64,000 bases of DNA from Entomortierella parvispora E1425 (lineage: Eukaryota > Fungi > Mortierellomycota), in the NCBI GenBank assembly GCA_020891255.1, contig BQFW01000004.1:2108001-2172000 (forward strand), written 5' to 3'. Positions 34,259-46,602 of this stretch are shown here, one piece after another. A program made the position numbers and the translations under genes. Below the pieces are notes generated by a model, which saw only the letters and a program-made list of their open reading frames with translations, ran no database searches and was not told the DNA's origin. Numbering within the stretch: the stretch's first letter is position 1; each line of letters begins with the position of its first letter.

Positions 34259-35602
34259 ATGCCAAAGGTCACCTCGTTTGCATTGTACGATCCCGAGGTT
34301 TCACTGTACACCGTACTCAATGTGAACAATGATGCCGATCAAGCGGCCATTAAGAAAGCGTATTACAAATTGGCGCTCGCCTTCCACCCTGACAAACAAA
34401 GTCCAACCAGCACAGACTCGGAACGCGATCAGGCCACAGCCAAGTTTCAGCGACTGGGATTTGCGTATGCAGTTCTGGGCGATCAGCAGAGACGCAAGGT
34501 GTATGACCAGACGGGCGATGTCTCTGAGGACGGTATCGCTGGATTTGGAGCACAAGGACAGGCTGCTGGAGGTTGGGATGCATACTTTCGCGAACTCTGG
34601 ACCGGAATCGTGTCAGAGGCAACGATCCGCGAGTTTGAACGCACCTATCGATTCTCGGATGAGGAGAAGCGGGATGTTATTCACGCCTACGTGACGTATC
34701 GAGGAGACATGGATGGAATTTTGTCGGCCGTACCAGTCTGCACCTACGCGGATGAGGGCCGATTCCGGGAGATGATTCAGAGTGCGATTGATGCGAAGGT
34801 CGCGCGCAAGTACAAGGCCTTTGGAGGACCTGTAGTGGACCCAAAAGCGGCAGCGAGACGCAAGCGGGAGGCTGAGGCTGAGGCAATCGAAGCCGAAAAG
34901 CTTTGGAAAGAGTTGGGACTGGAGCGGCTCAAGAAGCAATCGTCGACCAAACGAAAGCTGAACAGCACAGAACCAGAGGAGGTCGTGGAACCGGGATCCG
35001 AGAGGGAACTGCAGCTCATGATGATGCAGAATGGCAAGCAGCGTCAGGGCGCTATGGATGCCCTCTTGGAGCGCTACTCGACCAAGAAGCCAAAAAAAGA
35101 GAGGAAAAAGAAGAACGCCAAGGAAGATGAATCAGGGCCGTCTGTGTCATCCTCATCGAACCAGCAGAACCAGAACCATCAACAACAACAGCAACAGCAA
35201 CAATACCAGCAGCAACAGCAACATCAGCAGCAGCAGCAACAGCAACAGCAACGATATGGATACAAGCCACCGTCCGAAGAAGAGTTTTTGGCAACGCAGG
35301 CTAGGCTCCTCGGTCGCAATCCCGCTGCAACAGCAGCATCCGTGGGTATTCATCCTTCGTTGACAACCAACAATCCCGCACACCTCTACCATGCCACCAA
35401 CAGTATGAACACAGCCATGGGCCACAACAACGCCTATGGAGCGAGCTCACAAAGGCAACAACAGCACCATATGCAACAGCAGCAGCAAATGCATCAGCAG
35501 CAGCAACAACAACACAACCAGCAGCAGCAACAACAACAACAACAGCACACCATGATCGGGGGCGGATCTGGCAGCCGCGGACGAATGGCAGGAAATCGAT
35601 GA
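34259..35602 (+). CDS. DNAJC9: DnaJ (J-domain) protein, DNAJC9-like histone H3-H4 co-chaperone, with a polyQ tail
   Basis: J-domain with HPD (IKKAYYKLALAFHPDK); EAEAIEAEKLWKELGL...QRQGAMDALLERY resembles the DNAJC9 histone-binding region; intronless. Confidence 0.8.
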   Translation: MPKVTSFALYDPEVSLYTVLNVNNDADQAAIKKAYYKLALAFHPDKQSPTSTDSERDQATAKFQRLGFAYAVLGDQQRRKVYDQTGDVSEDGIAGFGAQGQAAGGWDAYFRELWTGIVSEATIREFERTYRFSDEEKRDVIHAYVTYRGDMDGILSAVPVCTYADEGRFREMIQSAIDAKVARKYKAFGGPVVDPKAAARRKREAEAEAIEAEKLWKELGLERLKKQSSTKRKLNSTEPEEVVEPGSERELQLMMMQNGKQRQGAMDALLERYSTKKPKKERKKKNAKEDESGPSVSSSSNQQNQNHQQQQQQQQYQQQQQHQQQQQQQQQRYGYKPPSEEEFLATQARLLGRNPAATAASVGIHPSLTTNNPAHLYHATNSMNTAMGHNNAYGASSQRQQQHHMQQQQQMHQQQQQQHNQQQQQQQQQHTMIGGGSGSRGRMAGNR

Positions 35603-36508
35603 TGGTGGTTGCAACCAGCATGCTCACCATTCACCATGTATCTCGCCTTTTCTCTCTTGTGCAGACACTACTTTTTTTTTTTTGCTCCTGGACAGAAGAT
35701 AATAATAAACCAAGATGAGTGCAAAATAAAAAATCTTACTAAAAACTTGACATAAAATGAAACAGGGTGTAAAAAAAAAAAAAAAAGGGCAGATCCAAGT
35801 GGACGATCTGGCTCCATTTTGTGGGCTGTAGGACCCTGCAGGCTGCAGCATGCCCGCGTGTCCCGTGTCCTCGAAGGGGCAGCAGGCGGTTGGTTGGTTT
35901 CTCACTGTTTTCATCGTGTGTTCTTTTTTTTTTTTTTTTTTTTTTTTTCCTTTCTTTTCTTTCTGTCTGTGGTGTTCTGTCTTCTGTGGTCTTTTCTGTG
36001 TGTCTGTCTGCATATTTGTCCAGCGGTGCTCTCACCCAACCTTCTTCTCTGTCCGACATTCTAACGTCCATCCTCCATCCATCCATCCATCACATCTTGC
36101 TTTTTCCATTCCTCCTTCCTTCTTGCCTTCTTTTCTTCCTTCTATTTCCCCCTTCCGTTCTTGTTTTGTCATAAACAAACACACCTGGACAGCTCTCATT
36201 CTCCCTTACATCATCCATCATCCGTGCACTGCTGCCGTTTGTTGTTGTCCTTCGTTACTTGTTTTTCATCCCATCCCTCGGTTTTCATCTCCAAAAGCGC
36301 CATCGTGCTACACAAACAAAGATCCGACCGGTTCTCTTTCCTCTTTCTCCCTCTCTTTCTCTTCCTCTCTTTTTCGGACTAGTCTTTTCTTGTCTCGTCC
36401 TTTTTCTTCTCCAGCACCTCGACTTCTTGTCGGATTCAGCTCAGACTTTTCATGAGCCAGGCCTGACATGCATTCGCTCATTGCCCCTCCAACCCCTCTT
36501 CTGAATCA

Positions 36509-39500
36509 ATGCCCTCTCTTTCCCATGGCCACGGTTACACCGTAGCCGAGTCCTCTTCGTCTGCCACCACCCGCCGTCGAGGATCGTCCTCTTCTTTTTC
36601 TGACGAGAACGTACCGCACCCCCCTTCTTCCGCTCATACCCATACCCACCACACCATCGATACCGGCAACGCTAATGATAGCGGCAACAGCAGTAGCGAC
36701 AAGAACCACAATGGCAGCATTACTAGTAACAGCAACAGCACCAGAAGCATCAACCGGAGCAACAGCGACAACGGTCAGGGTGAAAGGGAAAAGAACTCCT
36801 CTCTTCCCCTTGATCCACAGCGACCATCGCTTTCGACAATTGCTCGGATAAAGTTTTTCTTCCAAGGTCTTCGCAGAAGCTTCCTTGGCCATGACGGCTC
36901 AGGACAAGTGGTGAATGGACATCGTGTGGATCCTTCCTTGCTCCTCGAGTCAAACTACCGTGTCTTGCCTTTGCTCATCGGGTGCATCATTCCCGTAGGT
37001 TTATTTTAGTGCTCTCTTGCTTTATGGCACCAATGAGGTCCAGCGAAGGTCTTTCATTTATCATTTATCATCTTTGCTACTCTGCTTTTGTATGAAGTGC
37101 GAGTGCGCAACTGAAAACGATGACTGATATAACCGCACCTTGTTGCCTTGTCACTCATTAATCCCCCTATCCCCCCTCACGCGCGCCATCTTTTCTCCGA
37201 GTAGGTATCCATCCTCATCAATGTGCCGTCGATTACCTCGCCGTGGGTCGGAATCCCTGTGTAAGAACTTTTTTCATTTTTTTCATTTTTCTATTTTTGC
37301 TGTCTTTAAAGCTGCTCTCCTGCTGCTGTTTGATTTGCTTGGATCTTCTGTCGCTTTAATTGCCTCTCGGCAAGGCGCAAAGGCGGATAAACATCGCAAG
37401 GGGTTTCTGCGGAACTACAAATCAGCACGCCTCTTTGTCACACAAGATAACCAGTCCTGGGACTTTCAAATTGTTCCAATCTGACCACGACCTCACCCTT
37501 ACCATTTATTATCCCTGTGTTTAGAAATGGAACTGGCCAGGACTATGATGACGACGATCCCAAAGTGGTTCCTATTCCTCATTGGCTCGACTGCATGATT
37601 ATCCTTGCGCTGGTCATGGCCATTATTTGTAATATCTGTGTGCTCTTTCGCTTCCTGGAGCGTCATGTGTGGCACAGCGTCATTCTTAGTCTCATCACCG
37701 CTACGCTGCAAGATATTCTCTGTATCGGTTCGATCGTCCCTTTCTGTATCCTCTATCCGCCCTCCAAGGGCTATGTCTACCTAGAAGGATTTTGGACAAT
37801 GATCGCGTCCATGGTGTTTTCTCTTACGGCGACGGTGCTCATGTCTATAGACTTTCATCGGACGCCTCAGTTTCGATTACAGGGCTCTGGAGTGACCCAC
37901 AAGCAGCGGATCCTGATTGCGGAAGCCATGTCGCTCTGCTTCTATCTCGCCATTGGAGCGCTGATCTTCATCTACCTTGAACACTGGAGTTTTCTAGACG
38001 CGCTGTAAGTATTTTTCTGATCCAATTCTCTCGCCTTTGAAATAGCACCGAGTCATTGTACTCATGACTGTCATCACCCATGGTTAGGTTTTTTGTCATG
38101 GTTACCATCACGACCATTGGCTTTGGTGATAGAGTGCCTGAAACCACAGGCGGACGCGTCTTTGTTATCTTTTACGGCGCAGGAGGCATCGTTCTGCTCG
38201 CAATGGCCGTGAATGCCATCCGTTATGTGATTTTAGAGGATCTCCATCGTCGATTCGCCATTCGAGCTAAAGAACGAAAGGCTAAACGGGATGCGAGACG
38301 TCAAGAGAGAAGGGAGCAACGCGCTATCCAGGAAGAACGGAGACAGCGCTTGTTAGAAGTCTTGGAACGCTTTCAGCAGTTGGAGTCGACCCCTATCACC
38401 AACAGCCCCAACGAGTCGCACGGCGGCTCCCACTATTTTACCCATACTCCTCGACAGTTCACCTTTCCTCATGGACAGCCGTCAAAACTACTGTCAATGT
38501 TCTCTCGAACCCAGACCAAAGATATTGCCGACTCTGGACATGGTGTAGGGTCTGATCTAACTCTTGAAGGTGGTCAACAACCCGCGACTTTCCAAAGGAC
38601 CAACTCAGGCACAAATAACCTCCAAAAGGCACTTGAAGAGCTTCAGCTATCCAGGAATGGCATCACAGCCGACGATTACCAACGCGCGCTGGAGGGCGTT
38701 GGTGGCGAAGACTCGACGAGTCTGGAACTATTGCGCCTCGCGACGATGGAACCACACCAATTTCAGGCTCTAGGCAAACCCTCGCTATTCAAGCGCCTGA
38801 TGGCCTATCGAAGAGGGTCCGATGTTGAACCACCCATCCAGAATCCTACAGCGGAAGAACAGCGCGAAGCCGACAAGAGGCAGGCCTATGTGGAGAGTAT
38901 GCAGGAATACCGGCGACGGCTCCGTTTCAGTGCAGCCATGTTTTTGACTTTCTGGCTTGCTGGGGCAGTCATTTTTACGTTTGTGGAAAGCTGGAACTTT
39001 GGGGACTCAGTCTACTTTGTGTTTATTGCCTTTTCGACAATCGGCTATGGAGATTTTGTACCACGGACCATGGCTGGAAAAGCCATCTTTTTGGCATACT
39101 GTTTGGTCGGAGTCGTTGCGTTGACCTCCCTCGCTTCACTTATCTCTGAGGTCCTCAGCAAGACTATGAGGAAACACGTGGTTGAGACACAACTTCGGCG
39201 AACAGAGCGCATCGAGGCATTGGAGGGAGACCATGAACTAGGAGAAAACAATGACGGGGACCAAGATCTCGAGCAAGGAGCAACGGTGGACTCCTTTACC
39301 GAAGATGGGGGTATTCGAGAAGGATCAGAGGAACTGGACAACGCTGCTAGGACTCAGAGTGACGGCAATGAGACGCCACCGACGCCGAATACCTGCCAGG
39401 GCAGTCTTGAGAATCTGGTTAAAATCTCCAAGGATTTTGATCAACTGTTGCAAAAAGTCCTCGGGCTTGACTCTAATGAAGATGAGAATCAGTCATCAGC

Positions 39501-40902
39501 TGCAGATACAACAACACCTCCACCACTCTCAACCCCTGGAGCCATCGTGGAGTACTTGGAAAAGGAAGAAGATGATGAGATGATGCCGTCTTTTTTGAGT
39601 CCATCCATCTCGCGAGATATCAACTCTACGAGTACGATCCATCAACATACTGCTCGACCTTCACTTCCTGGACATGGCCGCAGACATTCAGTGGACCCGC
39701 GTGGGGGAACTTTCCACAACTTTGGATCTTCCTCACCTAATGATAGCACTCAGATCCAGATCAAGGCATGGCCTACCTCTATCTCTTCGCACGTTAACCT
39801 GGGATCAGAGAGAAACTCGGCAAGTCCCTCACCAGTTCCGTCACTGCCAGCCGCAAGTACTGGCTCTGCTCGTCGACAGAATAAGGACGGGTCCATAACG
39901 ATTGCGGCTCTCCACTGGCAAAATTTGATTTCGTACGCCAAACAACTCAAGGCCTTGACAGCGGCATGTGAAGACGCCATGGAGCGCGTTGCGGCCTGGG
40001 AGGTGTCGGAAAGTAAGCTCCGCCAGAAACGGCGTCAAGCTCGAATGAGGCAGAAGCGACTCTTGAATGAACGACGACGGAGATTGAATGAACTCGGAAC
40101 CCGTGGAACGGCGGATGTTGAGATCGACCAGGAGGACGAGCTGGAGGAACTGGATGAATGGGATGAGGAAGGAAGCGATGCAGATGAGGATGATGAAATT
40201 CTGGATAGACATCGTGTCAAGATTACAGCGGCTTTGTTGGGATCTAAAAGCCCAAAGAAGAGTCGTAGTCGACATTCGAGTCGGCATCCAAGTCGGAATA
40301 CAAGCCGTCGGACAAGCCTCCAGGGAGGTATGGATCCCAACTTTTTACAGCCGCCCCCACCACCAATGGCATTGTCGCTCCACCTGCGTGCCAGGAACCC
40401 GAGTTTAGATGACAGATCGGGACACCTGGGCCAACCAACAAGCCGAGCAAGAGAGCGCAATCGTCCTTCGCATCACCAACACTCACGCCGTGATAGTCAT
40501 CCTCATCAACACACCGTGGTGCATCATTCTGCACACGTTGGCCATTCTACAAGAGGTCACCGCCCAGTCAACCATAGTCGTCACGATCATGGACAACATA
40601 CTGATGCATTGAGCGATCATACAGATAAGATGGGGCTGATTCGACCATTCCAATTATCGCCTTTGCAGACCAATATGAGCGGCCTCCCACCTTCGTCTTC
40701 ATCTCCGGAACAGCCAACAGAACCTAGGATAACTTTCATGGCTGCATCACCCCACCCTCTGGATCGCGATGAACCATCCTTCAGCTTAGGTTCGGGCGTC
40801 GGCCCCTCAAAGACCACGCGGTCACCACTTGGCCACCTCTTCTTTCCTGTCCCGGACGCGGCACTCCATGTCTCCACGCCAGGGTCCACTTCAGAAGGAT
40901 AG
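36509..40902 (+). CDS. TOK1: Outward-rectifying two-pore K+ channel TOK1; exons about 36509-36996, 37205-37260, 37525-38004, 38089-40902
   Basis: Two pore loops, TITTIGFGDRVP and AFSTIGYGDFVP, preceded by four extra N-terminal TM segments; splice phases reconcile. Confidence 0.95.
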
Positions 40903-41116
40903 CCTTTGTATACTATTCCAACTTTTTTAGTCCACATTTGTAAAAACATCAGTAAATTTTCAGCCACACTGGCCCCCGCCCACAGAAGCCCTGTCCCTCA
41001 ATCGCGTCTGCTGTGCTCACATCGCTTTTCCAGACTTTTCTTCACCCTCCATTCATCACCCCGGTCCCCTTTTCTCCTTCTCTCTCCTCCCCCCTTCGCC
41101 CCTCCAATCTCATCTA

Positions 41117-43296
41117 ATGTCATCTCACGCAGCAGAGAACGCCTCTAATGAGGCCAGGGATCCCGCCTACTTTGGCTACTACGCCATGCTGCAACATCAG
41201 GTACATTTACTATCCGGACCAGATCTCAGCATGCTCGCCGAGGAATGACCTCCATGCGACCCAAGTGGATCACGACCTTCCCCATAATTGCCATCCAAAG
41301 CACAACCTTCCAAGACTCAACCCCCTAGTCCTTCATCTCTCTTTTTTCCACGCTGTACGCTCTGGGACCTTTGTGTCCTTCAGAAAGAAGGGAGAAAAGA
41401 GAGATAACAGGATCAAGAAATCGTAGTTATTATTTGTGTCTGAAGAAATCCTAACCTACCCCTTCTTTTTTTTTTTTTGTGTGTGTATGTGTGTGTGTGT
41501 GTTTTTCTTTGATAATCGATGAATAGCAAAACATGCTCCAGGACACGGTCAGGACGTCAACATATCGATCTGCCATCTTGTTGAACACGGAATGTTTTGA
41601 GGACAAGCTCGTCATGGATGTCGGCGCTGGTAAAAGAAAACCTCCGTTCAATGAAGAAATGAGAACAAGCTCAGTCCGAGGAGATCTGGAAATGAGACTA
41701 AAAGGAATCGATATCCTATCTGCTTTATCTTTCTTATACAGGTTCGGGCATTCTCTCTTATTTCGCTGTGCAGGCTGGAGCAAAGAAGGTCTACGCTGTC
41801 GAGGCCTCTGAGATGGCTACCAAGATGAAGAAGCTGGTCCAGGCTGCGTCCTTGCCCGATGGCAGAGCCAAGAACGAGTTCTTGAAGGATAAGGTCGAAG
41901 TTATTCAGTGTAAGCAGAGATCCTGGTCTTGTTTCTTTTTTTTACGGTAATAACTTGTGGGATGGATGACTGACCCTTTGCTGCCATGCTGTTAGCCAAG
42001 ATTGAGGACCCCAGTGTCAAGGCGCCCATGGTGGACACGATCATTTCAGAGCCAATTGGTAAGGGCGACGATTCTTGGTCAGGACTTATGGATAGACCGA
42101 TGTAGTGATACAGGATACTAATCCAACATTGGAACCAACTTATGTAACATCCCCGTAGGTGTCTTGCTTGTTCATGAGAGAATGGTATGGACAGGACAGA
42201 GATAATTTCAATGACACAGAGTTGGGACGATGGACCGTTGAAACCTGGAAAACGACACCAACCATCTTGCTGTGTACTCATTCTTCAATTTATGTGTGAC
42301 ACTAGATTGAGAGCTTTATCTATGCCCGCGACAAGTTTTTGAAGCCCGGTGGACACCTCTTCCCCAACAAAGGAACCATGTTCTTGGCTCCTTTCACTGA
42401 TGCTTTGCTCTTCACTGAGACGATGGGCAAGGCTCGATTCTGGGAACAAGACTCGTTCCACGGTGTCGACCTCACCCCTCTTTATCCCGACGCAAAGACC
42501 GAGATGTTTGGTACGTGCCGTTGACCTCTGTCGAAAAATATCCTCAGTCTCGTCACCAAAAAAAAAACAAGGGAACTGCATTGACCGATTGAGTTCTGCG
42601 CTCTTTATTTTTTTTATAGGCATGCCCGTGGTAGGACACTTTGATCCCAAGTCACTCTTGGCGACTCCCACGGCCGATATTGATGGATATGAAATGGACT
42701 TCAACACCATCACAATGAAGGCGCTCAGGGATTTCGTGGTCCCAATCACATGGAAGGCTCAGTACACTGGATTGATGCATGGAGTTGCAGGATGGTTCGA
42801 TTTGACCTTCTCTGGTAACCCCGAGTCTGAGGCCAGTCAGCCTATTGAGATGTCGACAGGACCCAGTGCGGAAAAGACACATTGGCAGCAAGTTCGCTTC
42901 CTGTTCCGCGAGCCCTTGGCAGTGAATGCAGGACAGAATATCCGCGGTTGGATGCACTGTGTTGTGAACGACATGCGGTCCTACACTGTCGATATTGAGG
43001 TCATTGTTGGAAACTACGGAGAGCTCTCGGATCCCAGCGAGCCCTTTGAGCCTCTGTTGGAGAAGCAAGCCAGCGCTCAATCAACTCGGAGAGGAGATCA
43101 AGATGAGGAGACTTTGGAAGACGAGGAGGATGATTTACAATTCTTGAGACGGAGAGGTCGCTGGGAGTTGCATGAGCAAAGCTACAACTACTCTTACACG
43201 GGAACGAACGATTTGTTGACCAAACCTGAGCACTTGTGCATGTATGAACCCGAGAATGTGGACGACGCCTACGGAGGCATCGCTTATACCAATTAA
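41117..43296 (+). CDS. CARM1: Protein arginine methyltransferase, CARM1/PRMT4-like, 7 exons
   Basis: [56 protein letters not shown]...[16 protein letters not shown] and the THWQQVRFL loop parallel metazoan CARM1. Confidence 0.88.
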
Positions 43297-43553
43297 GAGA
43301 GTTGTTTTTTTCCCCTCGATTTGTTTTTTCCCCCTGTCCTTTTCATCGCTTTCTCATGAAACTTTTTGTCTTTGTGCGTTGCCCTTTTGACTTCTTTTAT
43401 TTTCCTACTTCATTTATCTTTCTTCATGGGTCAACCAACCCATCCTCCTCTATTTGCATTCATTAAAATGACCATTGGACTGCAGAAATGGAGAAGAACT
43501 TGCGAGAAATGACTCTATGGCTAGAAAACGTTGGCTCACGACTGGTCCCTGCT

Positions 43554-45462
43554 CTACTTTTTTCCAGTGTTGGAATATTGGAGGAGAGTATCGCGGGTGC
43601 GGACTGCGTCTTCCATTAAGATTGTAAAAAACTGTCCTAGGGTCAATCCAGACGACTTCAGAATCTAGAGCGGTTGGGCAACACACAAAAAAGGTAATAT
43701 CAGGGTCTGGAGAGTCAAATGATATCAAAAGCCCTATTTCCTCGGGGTCTATCTTACCTTTCCCATGGCACAGTCATCGTCATCGTCAATTGAACAATTG
43801 GCTAAGTAAAAACAAATATAGGAAACAAGGTGTCAGCTGTTGGAATCTCATCCATCTCCAAAAGAAAAATACGCCATGATCCTCTTACTATAGCTTTTTT
43901 TTTAGGACTTACCATTGACATCCACGACGTACACCTTTCCCGTCCGATGATCCTCTCTCAAATCCATCCGACAATATCCGTTTCCACCAAAGGAAGAGTA
44001 GATTGCCTCTGCCTGAGCCTGCAATCTCGTCTGATCCTCGTCGGAGCATACTTGCATCCACCATGAAGCAGTCGCCACCGTGGCATCCGATCCGTAATTG
44101 TTATCGCCCCATTTCATATCATGAGTCAACATGCGCTCACGCTCGGGGATCTTGTCTCGGAACACGCGTTCCAACACTTTGTATACACGAATACCTGTGG
44201 CCTCTGAACCCGAGACCAGAGCTGTGAACTCGCGACCTAAAAAATAAAAAATAAAAATATGAGCCCAAGAACTGGAACTTTGAGATAGGGATAAGTTGTC
44301 TCTGGGCGTCATAGGAAAACTTTTTCACCTGTGATGTATTCTTCAACATAGACAGGACCCCACACTCTCTTCGTCTCCATGGCCTGAATGTACGCCTCTT
44401 CTGGGGTATCGACGACCGATTTTGACGTGATTCCACGACTTGAGCTTGAATTTGCTGGCTTGACCAATAACGGGAAGGTCAACTTGGCCAGCTGTTCCAT
44501 GACCACTGCCCTATGTGCCATCTCCTGCTCCTCGTCCTCTTCTTCTTCCTCGTCTGCATCCTTCGACTTTGGTGGATCGTCCTCCTCTGGGTTGGCGGAC
44601 ATGTCTGTCAAGGGCTTTGCTCTCGCCTCGTCCTCTTCATGAGAATAGACTTCACAGTAACCTGGGGTCAAGGAATGAGACGCCACAAGATGGCGTTTAA
44701 TCCTGGCCTTGTCGCTGTCCAGGTAATACAACTTGGAGTCTGCTCCTGTAAAGGCCAGGTGACGACGCTCTAATCCTCGAATGACTGTGATCCCGGGCCA
44801 ACCATCCGTTTCCATTCCGTCCGTGAAATTGAGTACCACAGTTCGAACGTACTGCGTCGCAGGGTCGGCGAGGAGGGCTTGAGAGGACTTTTGAACGCTA
44901 TTGAGAACCCTCTCGGCAGAATCCAGAGTGATGTAGTGCCAGGTGTATTGAAGAACGTTGGGGATGCTGTCTACAGCACATTTGATACTCTACGCAGGGA
45001 AATAAGGAATAGAAAAAAAAAAGAATGAGTCAAAGCTTGTCTGTTTCGTTTAGCATCTGCGAACACACACATTCCTGCTGTTTCTGTCAACAAAGACAAA
45101 AAAGGAAGAGTTCTTTTTTTCAGCTTTTACCAAACGCGCTTCCGGGGTCCATTCGGTCGCCATCCTTTGTCCGTCATCCAAGGTCCCAATAAAGTAAGAG
45201 TCGTCATGCTCGATATCGTCCTTTTCTACGTCTATGTCCTTGACTAAAGCGCACGGCGCAAAGACTAAAGAGAGAGAGAGAGGAGGTAGACATGACATAC
45301 GTTAGCGACTGAAAATCCTCCTCCGCGAAAGGCAAAGCCTGCGGGTTGGTGGACAACGTCATTGCTCTTTGGTCCTTTTGAGATTTTTTTACCATGGATA
45401 CTCCAGGTCGAACCCTGACCTCCCGTTGTCGCGTGAGGCTCTTTCTCCGCGCTAGGCGTCAT
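43554..45462 (-). CDS. ATP-grasp ligase, D-Ala-D-Ala ligase-like, multi-exon
   Basis: Spliced reading WSIHVFAP...NFTDGMETDGWPG...FTGAD...DSDKA...LLVKPANSSSSRGI...VYVEEYITGREFT...GYCRMDLR...YVVDVNANCS...MGKILKSSGLTLGQFF; five GT-AG introns inferred. Confidence 0.85.
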
Positions 45463-46260
45463 GCCTTCTGCTCTCTATCCTTTATTCCTTTATTCTTTCG
45501 GAGGCAAGGGGAAGGCTGGAAGTGCGCTGCAGTCGCTTCCAATGCTAACGAGTCGAGATGAATGTAATGTCAATGAGCAAGCTGAATGAAGAGGGATGTG
45601 AATGGGCTTCAGGAGGAATGGGGGACAAACGAGAAAGAAGAGAAAAAGAGGCCGTGAGGCCTTTTCCCTCATTTTCTGGCCCTTTTGTCACCTCGCTGCC
45701 CCATCCGCGTGTGCGTTTGTCTGTCTGTCCAATTACACGAAATTCTGGGCAGCCACATAAATGGGGATTCCCACTTGACCTGGTCCGGTCCACAGCTGCT
45801 GAGGCAGCGCACGCGCACATTCGCGCTTGTTCGAACCTCAAACTTGCGTTTTTGTTCTCTTTTTCTTTGGAGCCACGTTGCTGAGAGAGAACCACCAGGG
45901 AAGTAACACGATGCAGGGTCCTTTTCCTTCCTGCATTCATTCTTCTTTTACTCAAGACACCACCTCTTCTGTCCCGAATTCAGCTTTTTTTTTTTTTTTT
46001 TTTTGTTACAAACAACCATTGACAAGTGTTTTTATTCGTTTTTTCATGTCGTTGTTTTCTTATTTTCAGGGAGCAAACGAAAGTACAATTATTGTAAGAA
46101 AGAGGGTGAAGGGGGGGGAATAGATAACAGTGCTTTTTTTGGTCCCAAGCGTTTCGTGTATATTCAAGGATAGATACAATCTCGCAGACCTAGGATTACA
46201 ATGTACTTTTTTTTTAAAATTGGAATCTGCGAGTTGGAGAAACTGAAGGGTCTCCCCGCT

Positions 46261-46602
46261 TTACAAGAACTGGGCAAGGGCGACAGCACCACCTCCGAGA
46301 GCCAAGATGGCCTTTGCGGGGGCGTTCATGTTTCCGGCGTTGGGCTTGCTGGTAGGCGAGGGAGAAGTGCCGGCGGTGGTGGTCGAGGGAATGCTGACGA
46401 TGGTGGTGGTCGCTGGGATGGTAGTCGCGGGGATGGTGGTCGCAGGGATGGTGGTTGCGGGGATTGGGATCGGGATCGTCACGGTGGCAGTGGAAGAGGC
46501 AGAGGCAGAGGCGGAACCACCGGCAGCAGAGGAAGAGGGCTTGGCAGCAGAGGTAACGGCCATGATGGCAGCGATGACAATGGAGGTAGCAGTGAACTTC
46601 AT
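46261..46602 (-). CDS. Small secreted S/T/A-rich, probably GPI-anchored protein, 113 aa
   Basis: Signal peptide MKFTATSIVIAAIMAVTSA, (IPATT)x4, hydrophobic C-terminus; TATAAAAG on minus at about 46708-46715. Confidence 0.8.
   Translation of the reverse strand: MKFTATSIVIAAIMAVTSAAKPSSSAAGGSASASASSTATVTIPIPIPATTIPATTIPATTIPATTTIVSIPSTTTAGTSPSPTSKPNAGNMNAPAKAILALGGGAVALAQFL
46405..46464 (-). repeat. 15-bp coding tandem repeat x4 (IPATT)
   Basis: Plus-strand units GGTGGTCGCTGGGAT, GGTAGTCGCGGGGAT, GGTGGTCGCAGGGAT, GGTGGTTGCGGGGAT. Confidence 0.9.

Noticed and set aside
35624-36504. ORFs between DNAJC9-like and TOK1
   Set aside because: Driven by poly-T/poly-A and CT-rich leader sequence; no coding signature.
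43554-45462. Bacterial or endosymbiont contamination as the source of the Ddl-like gene
   Set aside because: The gene has multiple canonical spliceosomal introns and is flanked by fungal genes.
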